Shown here one piece after another: positions 1-9,659 of a stretch of 64,000 bases of DNA (positions are counted from its first letter, which is position 1; each line of letters begins with the position of its first letter). This DNA is from Sedimentisphaerales bacterium. Lineage in GTDB: Bacteria; Planctomycetota; Phycisphaerae; Sedimentisphaerales; Anaerobacaceae. Location of the stretch: NCBI GenBank assembly GCA_040772485.1, contig JAXGYC010000007.1, positions 960,001 through 1,024,000 of the forward strand, read 5' to 3'. A program made the translations under genes and the position numbers. The notes below the pieces were generated by a model. It did not search any database. It was not told the origin of the DNA and was given only the letters and a program-made list of their open reading frames with translations.

Positions 1-2432
1 TGAAACCCACGCGTCTGATTGCCATCGTCTTGGTCTCCGTCTTTCTGACAGCTTTGTTGGCAGCATTGGTCACATCGTCTGTCAGTTGCAGCAGCAGATC
101 ATCAGAGGACACGAGTCGGCATGAGACTCCGTCGCAGCCTGTCGTCGCCGATACACCGCATCCGACAACCGAATCGGCGGAAGAACAGACATCTATCGAC
201 CTCAAGTCCCCCGTCCCCCAGCCGCGGCTGAGCCAGATCCCGGACGAAGAGCGGCGAAGGCTCCTCGAGTACCGCCAAGGCCCCGGAGAGCCGACGGATG
301 AGCCGGCCTCGACTACTGCCCGACGGTCCCAGATTGAGGCCCGCAGCTGGCCGAAGGTCTACAGGCCTCAAGAGACAACGACAATCCCCGTTACTCCTCA
401 CGGTGGACCCGTGCCATATGGCTGGACTGGGACCGTCACGCCTACGCGCGGAGAACACTCTTCCACCGTGGGTCTGCTGGGGGCAGGTGAGCAAATGGCG
501 CCGCGGCAAGTCGACGCGGATTGGGCCACTGTCGATACGGATGAGATATGGGTGATTGCCAAGCCGGAGGCGCCGCAGGCGGTCGGGCCCCAGTACCAGA
601 CGCCCGGGTCGGGGGCGATGCTGGCGAAGGTCGAGGAGAAGGAGATTCCGCTGCCGCTCAAGCACACGGACGTCAAGGGGCAGATCAGCGGGTATATCGC
701 GACCGTCGAGGTCACGCAGCAGTTCGAGAATCCCTACAGCGAGAAGATCGAGGCGGTCTACGTCTTCCCACTACCTCAGAACGCGGCGGTCAACGAGTTC
801 ATCATGGTCATCGGCGAGCGAAAGATTCGAGGCATCATCCGCGAGCGGCAGGAAGCCGAGCAAATCTACGCGGAGGCCCGGCGCCAAGGGTACGTCGCGT
901 CGCTATTGACCCAGGAGCGGCCCAACATCTTCACCCAGAAGGTCGCCAACATCGAGCCGGGAAAGGCCATCGACGTCAACATCAAGTACTTCAACACGCT
1001 TGCCTACGCTGACGGCTGGTACGAATTCGTCTTTCCGATGGTGGTCGGGCCGCGATTCAACCCGCCCGGCTCGACCGATGGCGTTGGCGCCGTCGGCCGG
1101 GGCAAGACAGGTCTCTCCGGCCAGAAGACCGAAGTCCAGTACCTGCGGCCCGACGAGCGAAGCGGCCATGACATCGCGCTGGCGGTGGACATCGACGCCG
1201 GCGTGGAGATCGAGGAGGTTTCGTGCGCGACCCACGCGATCCAGAAGAACAGCGATGCGCCGCAGAAAGCCCACGTCCAGATCAGCCCGCTTGACAGCAT
1301 CCCGAACAAGGACTTTGTCTTGCGATACAAAGTCGCGGGCAAGACCGTCAAATCCGCACTGGTGACACACACCGACGAACGCGGCGGTTTCTTCACGCTG
1401 ATGCTCTATCCGCCGGACGATCTCAAGACGCTCCAGCGCTCGCCCATGGAGATGGTCTTCGTGCTGGATTGCTCGGGCAGCATGAACGGCCAGCCCATCG
1501 CCAAGGCCAAGGACGCGGTCAAGCGGGCGTTGCGCAAGCTCGGGCCGGACGACACGTTCCAGGTGATCCGCTTCTCGCAGAGCGTTTCGCAGTTCGGCTC
1601 GCAGCCTGCCCCCGCAACGCCGGACAACGTCCGCAAGGCCATCGCCTACGTCGACGCTCTCCATGGCAGCGGCGGAACCATGATGATCGAGGGAATCAAG
1701 GCGGCGCTGGAGTTCCCACACGATGAGCGCCGGTTCCGCCTCGTTTCGTTCCTGACCGACGGCTACATCGGCAACGAAGCGGAGATCCTGGAGGCGATCC
1801 ATGACCGCTTGGGCGAGAGCCGCATCTTCAGCTTCGGCGTCGGCTCCTCCGTCAACCGCTACCTGCTCGACCGCATGGCCAAGCTGGGCAAGGGCGCCGT
1901 CGCCTACATCGGGCCCAACGACAGCAGCAGCGAAATCGTAGACCTGTTCTACGACCGGATCAGCCACCCCGCTCTGACCGACGTGACCATCGACTGGGGC
2001 AGCCTGGAGGTCCAGGACGTCTATCCTTCGCGGATTCCCGACCTGTTCGTCGGCCGTCCGATCATCGTAACGGGTCGTTTCGCCGGGCAGCAGAATACGA
2101 CCGTCCACGTCCAGGGCAAGGTCGGCAACTACGACAAGGAGTTGGCCATTCCCGTCCGATTGGCGGATGGCGCGAGCACCCATCCCGGCATCGCCTGCGT
2201 CTGGGCCCGAAAGAAGATCGAGGAGCTGGCCGCACGCAAGACCTACGACGACAGCCCTTCGCTGCCGGGCGAGATCCAGCGTGTGGCCCTGGAATACAGC
2301 CTGATGAGCGAATACACCGCCTTCATCGCCGTGGACAGCACGCACCAGACCGCCGGCGACCATGGCGTGACCGTCGCCGTCCCGGTTCCCGTCCCCGACG
2401 GCGTTCGCTACGAGACCACGGTACAGAACTGA
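1..2432 (+). CDS. VIT + vWA domain protein (inter-alpha-trypsin inhibitor-like), probably exported; start codon probably clipped by the window edge
   Basis: VIT motifs (LPLKHTDVKGQISGYIATVEVTQQFENP, EAVYVFPLP) and vWA MIDAS (VFVLDCSGSM, GGTMM, FLTDG). Frame is open to base 1 ([A]TG AAA CCC ACG CGT = MKPTR...), followed by a hydrophobic stretch ending VSC. Confidence 0.9.
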   Translation, partial: KPTRLIAIVLVSVFLTALLAALVTSSVSCSSRSSEDTSRHETPSQPVVADTPHPTTESAEEQTSIDLKSPVPQPRLSQIPDEERRRLLEYRQGPGEPTDEPASTTARRSQIEARSWPKVYRPQETTTIPVTPHGGPVPYGWTGTVTPTRGEHSSTVGLLGAGEQMAPRQVDADWATVDTDEIWVIAKPEAPQAVGPQYQTPGSGAMLAKVEEKEIPLPLKHTDVKGQISGYIATVEVTQQFENPYSEKIEAVYVFPLPQNAAVNEFIMVIGERKIRGIIRERQEAEQIYAEARRQGYVASLLTQERPNIFTQKVANIEPGKAIDVNIKYFNTLAYADGWYEFVFPMVVGPRFNPPGSTDGVGAVGRGKTGLSGQKTEVQYLRPDERSGHDIALAVDIDAGVEIEEVSCATHAIQKNSDAPQKAHVQISPLDSIPNKDFVLRYKVAGKTVKSALVTHTDERGGFFTLMLYPPDDLKTLQRSPMEMVFVLDCSGSMNGQPIAKAKDAVKRALRKLGPDDTFQVIRFSQSVSQFGSQPAPATPDNVRKAIAYVDALHGSGGTMMIEGIKAALEFPHDERRFRLVSFLTDGYIGNEAEILEAIHDRLGESRIFSFGVGSSVNRYLLDRMAKLGKGAVAYIGPNDSSSEIVDLFYDRISHPALTDVTIDWGSLEVQDVYPSRIPDLFVGRPIIVTGRFAGQQNTTVHVQGKVGNYDKELAIPVRLADGASTHPGIACVWARKKIEELAARKTYDDSPSLPGEIQRVALEYSLMSEYTAFIAVDSTHQTAGDHGVTVAVPVPVPDGVRYETTVQN

Positions 2433-2603
2433 TGCGCATCGGGCCCGCCAACGAGCTTTTTCGCGGACCTGAAAAAAAACAAGCATCTCCACCCCCCGTG
2501 TGCGTTACCATCGCGTGTGCAGAGGCCTCTTAGAAATGGAGAGCCGAGAAGGCATCCTCCGGTAACAATGCAGTACAGGCAGATATGAAACGGGGGTGAT
2601 CCG

Positions 2604-2924
2604 ATGCTTGAAAGATATCGCGAAGCGCACGATCTGGTGATCGATTACGGCGAGGCGCTGCGGGAAGGCAGCCTGCCGACGTTCCTGAAATCGCTCTCGC
2701 GGTTTGAAGGTCGGGAAGTGCTGACGACCCCGAATTTCTGGCACGGGGCCGAGATGATGCGCATCCTCAACAGCATCGCCTTCGCCGACGAGGCCACCAT
2801 TCCGAACCTGGACATCTTTCTCGCCCGCGTCCACGCGAGGATCGTCTCGCGCGCCCGAAACCCCAGGATCAGCAGACGGGTCAGAGCCAGACCGAACGTA
2901 CGCGATCGGAACGCGCAAGAATGA
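2604..2924 (+). CDS. hypothetical protein (106 aa)
   Basis: ATG preceded by GGGGGTG; coding-like codon usage; no recognised motif. Confidence 0.5.
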   Translation: MLERYREAHDLVIDYGEALREGSLPTFLKSLSRFEGREVLTTPNFWHGAEMMRILNSIAFADEATIPNLDIFLARVHARIVSRARNPRISRRVRARPNVRDRNAQE

Positions 2925-2997
2925 AATGAAACAGGGCTGCCAGTCCCGCCGTCACGGGGCTGGCAGCCCTGCAAACCATTCACGAAAACCGAGTCTT

Positions 2998-3684
2998 TTA
3001 CAGCATCTTGCGTCGGCGGAACCAGCCGGCCACACCCAAGCCCAGGCTGCCGAGCAGTGCGGCGCCGGGAGCCGGGACGACCATCGTCAATTGATCCTGT
3101 TTGAAGTAGCCTGCCTCGCCGACGTGGCCGGCAGCATACAGGTTCAGCACCCGCACGTTGCCGATGTCGGTCCAGCCGGCCTGCACTGCCGCCGAGTAGA
3201 ACTGATCCTGCAACGAGCCGTCGCCGTCGGTCCATGACTTGACAGCCTCGTCCTCGATATGCCAGATCACATCTTGAAGAGCCCCCGCTGATATGGCGCG
3301 GTCACCGGCCGGATTGTAGTCGTATCCTGCCAGCGTGCCGGAACGGAACTGCGTGTACAGATACGCCGTCATCGGATCCAGCAGGTCCCCTCCCTGCGGG
3401 CCTGTCGCCCCGTGGTTGGTCCCGCCGTGCAGCGCCTCCGTGGCCACCACCACGTCGTACCAGGCTCCCGTCGACACCTGCTCGCTTTTCTCCAGGCAGA
3501 ACGAGGAGTACGGGTCGTTCTCGATCGTGATGTTCTTGAGGTCCTGATTGGGGGTCAGTTGGAACTCGCCACCGGTGCCGCTGTAGTACCCGGAAACGCG
3601 TGTCAAGTAAACCGACGGACCCGCCAGGGCCGAACCTGCGCCGAGCAGGCAGACAATTGACGCCAATGCCAGTTTCTTCATCAT
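2998..3684 (-). CDS. secreted protein with PEP-CTERM-like (VPAPG) sorting tail
   Basis: Signal peptide MMKKLALASIVCLLGAGSALA; C-terminus VPAPGAALLGSLGLGVAGWFRRRKML (motif, TM helix, basic cluster). Confidence 0.85.
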   Translation of the reverse strand: MMKKLALASIVCLLGAGSALAGPSVYLTRVSGYYSGTGGEFQLTPNQDLKNITIENDPYSSFCLEKSEQVSTGAWYDVVVATEALHGGTNHGATGPQGGDLLDPMTAYLYTQFRSGTLAGYDYNPAGDRAISAGALQDVIWHIEDEAVKSWTDGDGSLQDQFYSAAVQAGWTDIGNVRVLNLYAAGHVGEAGYFKQDQLTMVVPAPGAALLGSLGLGVAGWFRRRKML

Positions 3685-3861
3685 CTTGCCATCCCCCAAA
3701 TACGGTACATCTCTTCTGCGCGGTGTCCCAGGGTCGTCATATGGACTGAGCGTTGTTCGGACTGACCTTCGACATCCGGAGAAACCGGTAGCACAGAATG
3801 CAAAGCAGGATCAGTGAACACCCCCAGTGCCATTCCCCACACCGTTGCCAATTCAGCATGT

Positions 3862-3890
3862 AGTGTATCGTGTTTCTTCGTTAATGTCAA
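3862..3890 (-). promoter_or_regulatory. sigma-70-type promoter for the PEP-CTERM-like gene
   Basis: TTGACA-17 nt-TACACT on the minus strand. Confidence 0.6.
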
Positions 3891-4079
3891 CGGACGGGCC
3901 AGCGCAGAGCAGACTTTCCGCCCGCAAGTGCCTTCCGAAACGGGGAACATCGTGATTATGGGAGCCCAGGCAGCGTTTCCTGCGATTTTTTGTGCGCGGG
4001 CGTGCGCTCGACGGGTCGTTGTCATACGTGTTTATGGGACGGCCTCGCCTGTGGTCGTGCAGGCGACACGACATGCGCG

Positions 4080-7000
4080 TCAGTTCGGCGTTTCGGGGGA
4101 TGGGGTTGCGGCGTGCCAGTGGGCGGGGTCGTTGCCGTACGAGGCCGGCGTCGTGCGGTGCAGCGACAGGCCCTGCCCATCCGCCTCGACCGGCCAGGGA
4201 TCGACGCCCGAGCCGAAGCCCGACGGATGCGAACCGTCGCTGTACACCACCCGGTCCACCCGAATCCAGCTCACCGTGCCGTCGTCGGCCACGTCGCCGG
4301 GCTTGCTGAGCTGAATCCGGCCCCCGTCGTCGGGCAGCTTGCCCGGCCCCCACGTCAGCATCGCAACGCCCGACACGTCGCCATAGGCGATGGCGAAGCC
4401 CAGCGAGTCCTTCACCAGCAGCAGATGCCCGCCGGACGCCAGCGTGATCGGCGCATCGGCCGGGAAACGCAGATCGATCCTCGGATCGTCCGGGTCGTCC
4501 GTGAACCGCCACGGAACACCGAGGTCCGCATCGTACAGCGTCACGGGGCCGTCGCTGATGTTGAGCAACTCGACGTATTCGGCCTGCGACGAAGCGGCCG
4601 GATGGTACATGATCTCGCTGATCACCACCGGGCCTACCTGCGGCTCGGCGTTGGCCGTGCCCGGCGTCGGGACGCTCAGCGACACGAAGTTGTACCCGCC
4701 GGTGCTCTTGCGATGCCGGCCCATCGAGACGCCCCGCTCGGAGGCGTCGAACTTCTCCTGCACGCTGTAGCCCGTCAGCACACCGTCAGCGCCCGAGTGC
4801 AGGTACAGCGTCTCGCCACTGCGGCTGAGCCTGAACGGAACCCGGCAGCCCGGATCACCGGCGTTGTCGAATGTCGCATCGGCCTCAAAGACCAGATAGC
4901 CGCCGGCGCCGAGCACCGTCCCCGAGGCGATCTCGTACCGCATCCGGTCGTCGGCGTCGTCGCTGAGGAACCAGCCGCCCAGGTCGATCGCCTCGTCCGT
5001 CGTGTTGTGCAGCTCGATCCAGTCGGACGCCCCGCCGCCGGGATTGGCCAGGATCTCGTTGATCACCACCGCGCCCAATTCGGGAACCACGCCCCCATCG
5101 TCATAGCCGGGCGAGCCGCCGGCTTCGGCGCTGGGACGCCAGAAGCCCTTCTCGTCCAGCGTATCGGCGCCGGCCGTCCGAGGCTCTCGCACCGTCAGCG
5201 AGAAGCCCGCCCCATCGGTCAGATCATACCAGTCGTCCTGATAGCGGAAGTGCTGGATGACCTGTCCGGCCGCATCCTGCAACTCGATCTGCTCGCCCGC
5301 ATTGTCGAGACTGCCGGCGTACTGTCCGGCGATATTCGCTCCGTCGCCGTACGCCGCCACAAAGGCGGACAGGTCGCGCACGACCAGGCTGTACGCCCCC
5401 GGCGCCAGCTCAACGTCCGGAAAGACGAAGTCCACGCCGTCGCTGAACGAGACGAGATTCAGGTTGATCGTCTCGCTGCCGACGTTGACCAGCTCGATGT
5501 ACTCGGCGTTCGGATCGAGCGGATGATACATGATCTCACTGATCCGCAGATTCTCAGCCACCGGCCCGACACTGAACGTCGCCTCATTCAACGCGCTCCA
5601 CGAGCCATCGCGAAATAGACGCGCCTTGATGCACGTGCTCTCGGTCAATGTCAACGGCCCTTCGTAGCGGATCGCGGTTGGCGAAATCCCACTGGGAACC
5701 GCGCCCCCGCCGCCGGTGGTCGAGCTCAGTTCCACGGAAATCAGGAAATCGGTGCTGGTGACGCCATCATTGAGCCCGTGAATCGCCAGGACGTTTCGGC
5801 CCAGACGAAGCTGGCCAATCGCCGAGGGGATGTCGAACGTCTCGAACTCGATCGCGTCGAGGTCGGAGTGGCTCCCGGCGGCGCCCGAATTCCAGGAAGG
5901 TGCGCCATCAAACATGGCCCGCCGCACTTCGACGCCGTTGAGGTAGGCCACGAAGCCGTCGTCATATCGCACTCGCAATCGCAGACCGCGGGCCTCGATC
6001 AGAACCTCCGGCGTCACTTCGAAGGGAATGCGGATGTAACAGCTCTCGTTATGCCCGTACATGGCGTTCTGCACATCGATGTCAATAAACTGCTCGTACC
6101 CTGTACTGCGTTCGTAGCCGACCCCTCCGGCGCCGTGGGTCCAGGTCGAATCGTCGAAGTCTACGTTGCGCCAGGCGTCGCCGGTCGAAGCCGGAGGGAC
6201 CAGAACCGCCTTCGGTGCATCCTCTGTCACGAAGGCGAACTCGTCACCCGTCTGCCCTCCGGAACCAGGTGTTCGGGGATCGGTCCCATCCATGGTGTAC
6301 CAGATTGCGCCGGAGCTGCCCATCAGCGAGACGGTCTCGCTGGAAGCGATGTGCCCGCCATGCTGAGGCACGCCGCCCACGTGGAATTCAGGCGGTTCGA
6401 TGTTTGGGTAGAGACCCGCGTTTCGAAGCCAGCCCAACAATTGGTCGGCGCGATTCGGGAAGTAGCCGTTCAACTTGCTTTCCTGCGTCTTCAGCCAGTC
6501 CTGCTGCGTATGGGGGCGTGACTGCCGGTTGTCGCCCCATCGGGCCGACTCGCCCACGATGGCGCGCTCGACCTGGTTCATTCGGGCCAGGAATCGGTCG
6601 GCCGAAGCGGGGTAGCTCAGTGGACCTCCGTGGAAAAAGTGACGGTAGATCAAATCAGCGAAGCGAAGGCGATACTCTGCATTCTGCGCAAGCTTGCGGT
6701 GGATCTCCGAGGGGCTTTCCCCGACGTCGTTTCCGCCTTCGAGCACGTGCTCGGCATCCCAGGAGTGGAAGCGCCACTTGCCATCGGGGGCGTTGCGGTG
6801 CGTGGCATACCAGTTCTTGTGCGGCCAGTCATGATTGCCTGTGTACCAGTTCGCCAGCAGGTAGGTGATGAAGTCGTCTGTGTCGAGTTGTCCGCACAGG
6901 GCGTCGTATGCCGCCAGGTTGTCTGGATCGGCGGCCACCGCGTTTGCCGCCGCCAGCATGGCATTGTAGTTGGCCGAGGCACTGCCGCCAGTGCCGCTGC

Positions 7001-8546
7001 TGATGACACTGCCGCCACTGTGTTTGACTGCGTCGTACTCGTCCTCGTCGCCGCCGAACACCTGGGCCGCCCAGGCGTGGTCGGGACGCTCGTGGATATA
7101 GTACAGGCCCCAGTAGAGGCTGTTGATGTAGACATGCGCGTAGGCGCCGTGGGGTGAATGCCCCCCCATCGCGTTGTGCAGATCGGCGATGTACTGATCC
7201 TGGATGTATACGGCAGTGTTGCGCTGGCCGCTGTCCGGATGAAGCCAGGAATGGTTCAACACGCTGTCGAGGACTACGGTGCTGTAGCGATCGACCGGAG
7301 AGTCGGGAAACAGCCTGAAATCCAGCTTGCCGGGGCCGCCGGTGGGGCTGCCGTCGTCGGTCTGCGCCTTGAAGCGCGGCCGCATGGAGAGCTTGAACGT
7401 CTTCCAGCGGCTGAGACTGGTTCCACCTCCGCTGACGCCGCCCTGCATGGCGATCGCGCAGTTGACCTGAAGGCCCCGGGCGCCGTTGGGGTCGATGAAC
7501 TCCATGGACGCGACGCGTTCGGTGCCGTCCTGCGACTGATTGATGTAGATTCCTCTGCTGCCGAACCAGTCGTCCTTGTTCATGACCAGAGAGATGGTTG
7601 GGACCGCCTTGAGGTCGTCCCGGATGGAATTGGCGTAGAGGCCGCCGAAGATGTCCTTGCCGCCCTGGCCCACCACGTCCGGGTCCATCTGGTAGTCGCC
7701 CGTCACGGAGCCCCACGAGGTGGGGTACCCTTCGGGCGTCACCTGGGCGCCTGTCGAAGGATTCGTCGCCTGCTTTATGACGCTTTCCAGGAAGACGTAG
7801 GTGTGAGTCTCAACGTCTGTAGCCTTCCAGCCGGGCCGAAATGCCATGGCTCTCAGGCAGGTTGTGGACTGAATCAGGATTGGCCCGTTGTAGACGCTCC
7901 CATAGCCCGGCGTGGGCGTGCTTCCGTCGAGCGTGAAACGAATCGTAGCCTGTGGCGTGGCCGTCGTGACGACGACCTCGATCGGATGATCGTAGAAGCC
8001 GCGATCGTGGTTGAACACCAAATCCTCAACCACGGGCAGGCCCTTTCCGTCGTTCGACGCACCGGGCGTGGGCGTCAGAGTAATCCAGTTGTCCGAGCCA
8101 TCGGGGTCGCGACCGAACGAGACATCGGCCCTCTGGGGACCGAAGCGGATGCTGTCAAGCAGGGTCAGTCCATCGCGGTCAAACAGAGCGACCCGGTCTC
8201 CGCCTGCGTTGAGCGCCAGGCCGGCGTGCAGACCTGCATCGCCGGTGTCGCCATCCGCCCAGATCACCAGATACCCTTTTGCAGGCAGGACGGTGCCGGC
8301 CGGAACCTGCCACTTCGTGGGGTCGTCCAGGTCGTCCGTCAGATAGAAGCCAGCGAGACTGACCGGTACCCCGCCAGGGTTGAACAGCTCGATCCAGTCG
8401 TCATAGTCGCCCTGCGGGTCTTTGACTGCCAGATCGTTGGCGGCCATGATCTCGTTGATGCACACATCGGATTGGGCCCGGACACACACCGCCCCCTGGA
8501 GCGCCGCGAGGAATACAAAACACATAGATCGTATGCGCAAGCGCAT
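4080..8546 (-). CDS. secreted lamin-tail-domain (LTD) / FN3-associated / CotH kinase-like protein
   Basis: Signal peptide; repeated LTD motifs (INEIMA..DWIEL, ISEIMYHP..EYIEL); IRFTLDGSTP; CotH-like YINSLYWGLY..ER, DWPHKNW, WRFHSWDAE. Confidence 0.85.
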   Translation of the reverse strand: MRLRIRSMCFVFLAALQGAVCVRAQSDVCINEIMAANDLAVKDPQGDYDDWIELFNPGGVPVSLAGFYLTDDLDDPTKWQVPAGTVLPAKGYLVIWADGDTGDAGLHAGLALNAGGDRVALFDRDGLTLLDSIRFGPQRADVSFGRDPDGSDNWITLTPTPGASNDGKGLPVVEDLVFNHDRGFYDHPIEVVVTTATPQATIRFTLDGSTPTPGYGSVYNGPILIQSTTCLRAMAFRPGWKATDVETHTYVFLESVIKQATNPSTGAQVTPEGYPTSWGSVTGDYQMDPDVVGQGGKDIFGGLYANSIRDDLKAVPTISLVMNKDDWFGSRGIYINQSQDGTERVASMEFIDPNGARGLQVNCAIAMQGGVSGGGTSLSRWKTFKLSMRPRFKAQTDDGSPTGGPGKLDFRLFPDSPVDRYSTVVLDSVLNHSWLHPDSGQRNTAVYIQDQYIADLHNAMGGHSPHGAYAHVYINSLYWGLYYIHERPDHAWAAQVFGGDEDEYDAVKHSGGSVISSGTGGSASANYNAMLAAANAVAADPDNLAAYDALCGQLDTDDFITYLLANWYTGNHDWPHKNWYATHRNAPDGKWRFHSWDAEHVLEGGNDVGESPSEIHRKLAQNAEYRLRFADLIYRHFFHGGPLSYPASADRFLARMNQVERAIVGESARWGDNRQSRPHTQQDWLKTQESKLNGYFPNRADQLLGWLRNAGLYPNIEPPEFHVGGVPQHGGHIASSETVSLMGSSGAIWYTMDGTDPRTPGSGGQTGDEFAFVTEDAPKAVLVPPASTGDAWRNVDFDDSTWTHGAGGVGYERSTGYEQFIDIDVQNAMYGHNESCYIRIPFEVTPEVLIEARGLRLRVRYDDGFVAYLNGVEVRRAMFDGAPSWNSGAAGSHSDLDAIEFETFDIPSAIGQLRLGRNVLAIHGLNDGVTSTDFLISVELSSTTGGGGAVPSGISPTAIRYEGPLTLTESTCIKARLFRDGSWSALNEATFSVGPVAENLRISEIMYHPLDPNAEYIELVNVGSETINLNLVSFSDGVDFVFPDVELAPGAYSLVVRDLSAFVAAYGDGANIAGQYAGSLDNAGEQIELQDAAGQVIQHFRYQDDWYDLTDGAGFSLTVREPRTAGADTLDEKGFWRPSAEAGGSPGYDDGGVVPELGAVVINEILANPGGGASDWIELHNTTDEAIDLGGWFLSDDADDRMRYEIASGTVLGAGGYLVFEADATFDNAGDPGCRVPFRLSRSGETLYLHSGADGVLTGYSVQEKFDASERGVSMGRHRKSTGGYNFVSLSVPTPGTANAEPQVGPVVISEIMYHPAASSQAEYVELLNISDGPVTLYDADLGVPWRFTDDPDDPRIDLRFPADAPITLASGGHLLLVKDSLGFAIAYGDVSGVAMLTWGPGKLPDDGGRIQLSKPGDVADDGTVSWIRVDRVVYSDGSHPSGFGSGVDPWPVEADGQGLSLHRTTPASYGNDPAHWHAATPSPETPN

Positions 8547-8630
8547 GACTCATCCATCCTCTACTGAGGGTAGCAACCCGCCGTCCATCGGTCCGGACAC
8601 CCCGCAATAAGCAGGAGATTCACTTTGCGC

Positions 8631-8659
8631 ATTGTATCAGAATGGCGCCTCCGGGTCAA
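8631..8659 (-). promoter_or_regulatory. sigma-70-type promoter for the LTD/CotH gene
   Basis: TTGACC-17 nt-TACAAT with extended -10 TG on the minus strand. Confidence 0.6.
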
Positions 8660-8763
8660 TTTCGCCGGCGCATGGGGACTCGGGTTTGCAGACAGGCAGA
8701 AACACGCCAAAGGGGCGGCCGACGTGTGAATGCACGGCCCCCTTTGTGGGGGCCATGGGAGAC

Positions 8764-8853
8764 CGGAGAGGCCGGGATTCGAACCCGGGGTAGGGGTTTA
8801 CCCCCTACAACGGTTTAGCAAACCGTCGCCTTAAGCCGCTCGGCCACCTCTCC
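8764..8853 (-). tRNA. tRNA-Ser(GCT)
   Basis: GGAGAGG/CCTCTCC acceptor stem, ACGGT-TTGCTAA-ACCGT anticodon arm, long variable arm, GGTTCGAATCC T-arm; CCA not encoded. Confidence 0.97.
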
Positions 8854-9079
8854 AAACTGTCGATGTCGCCAGTCTACCCGGCTCATCTGCCCTCTGCAAG
8901 CAGATAAATCGCGGTTTCGAGATTTTGCCCGCAGGCAGAAGCCACGCAGCCCGGTCCCCGCCTTCGGCAGACACTCGGCCATCGGTGGCCAGCTCGTGTG
9001 TCCGGCGCCTTCAGACGCCTGTCCCGAGAAAAATACGTGTTTACCACAATTGACCGGACAACCGCTCCTCGACTATGGT

Positions 9080-9327
9080 GCCCGGCATGGATTCGAGGAC
9101 CCGCGGTTCGTCGCCTGCAGGTTCGTGTGCTCAGGCGGAGCAAGGGTCTGGCGGAGATCGCCGATTACCAGACGCATAGGGACAGCACCTTGTACCGATC
9201 TTCTGGACAGCGGACGAAATCGCCGCCGGGCGAGGTCGCATCGCTCTTTCCGCGTGGGCGGTAACAGAGGCTCTAAGAGCCGTTTCATCTTTAGGGTTGC
9301 GGGCCCGTCTCCCCGCAGCCCTTTTTT
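9080..9327 (+). ncRNA. candidate small RNA 1 (promoter-flanked, intrinsic terminator)
   Basis: TTGACC at 9050; nested pairings 9080-9231; terminator GGGTTGCGGG...CCCGCAGCCC-T6 at 9294-9327; no convincing ORF. Confidence 0.4.
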
Positions 9328-9443
9328 CTTGAGGCCTGCGAAGGCCTTTGTCTCCGCCTGCCGGTCCAACATTCATTTCACATCGATGGAAATACGTAGT
9401 TGCCACAATTGACAGCGAGACGCGGTCACTCGACAATAGCTGC

Positions 9444-9567
9444 CAATCTGCGGGTGCAAACCGACTCTTTATGAGCAGTTTTCAATGGACTGAAATCGAG
9501 GCACCTCGCAGTGGGGAGACAAGGGTGATGAAGAGAAGTGCTTTACCATCCTTTCGTCTCCCTTTTT
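9444..9567 (+). ncRNA. candidate small RNA 2
   Basis: TTGACA-17-GACAAT at 9409-9437; long hairpin GGGAGAC...GTCTCCC followed by T5 (9514-9567). Confidence 0.4.
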
Positions 9568-9659
9568 GTTGGTCGGGGAATCCTCTGGTGGCTGCGCATG
9601 CCTTGATGCTGTATTCGATGCGAGGACACGGAACATACGTTGGACGAGGTGAGAGGCCG

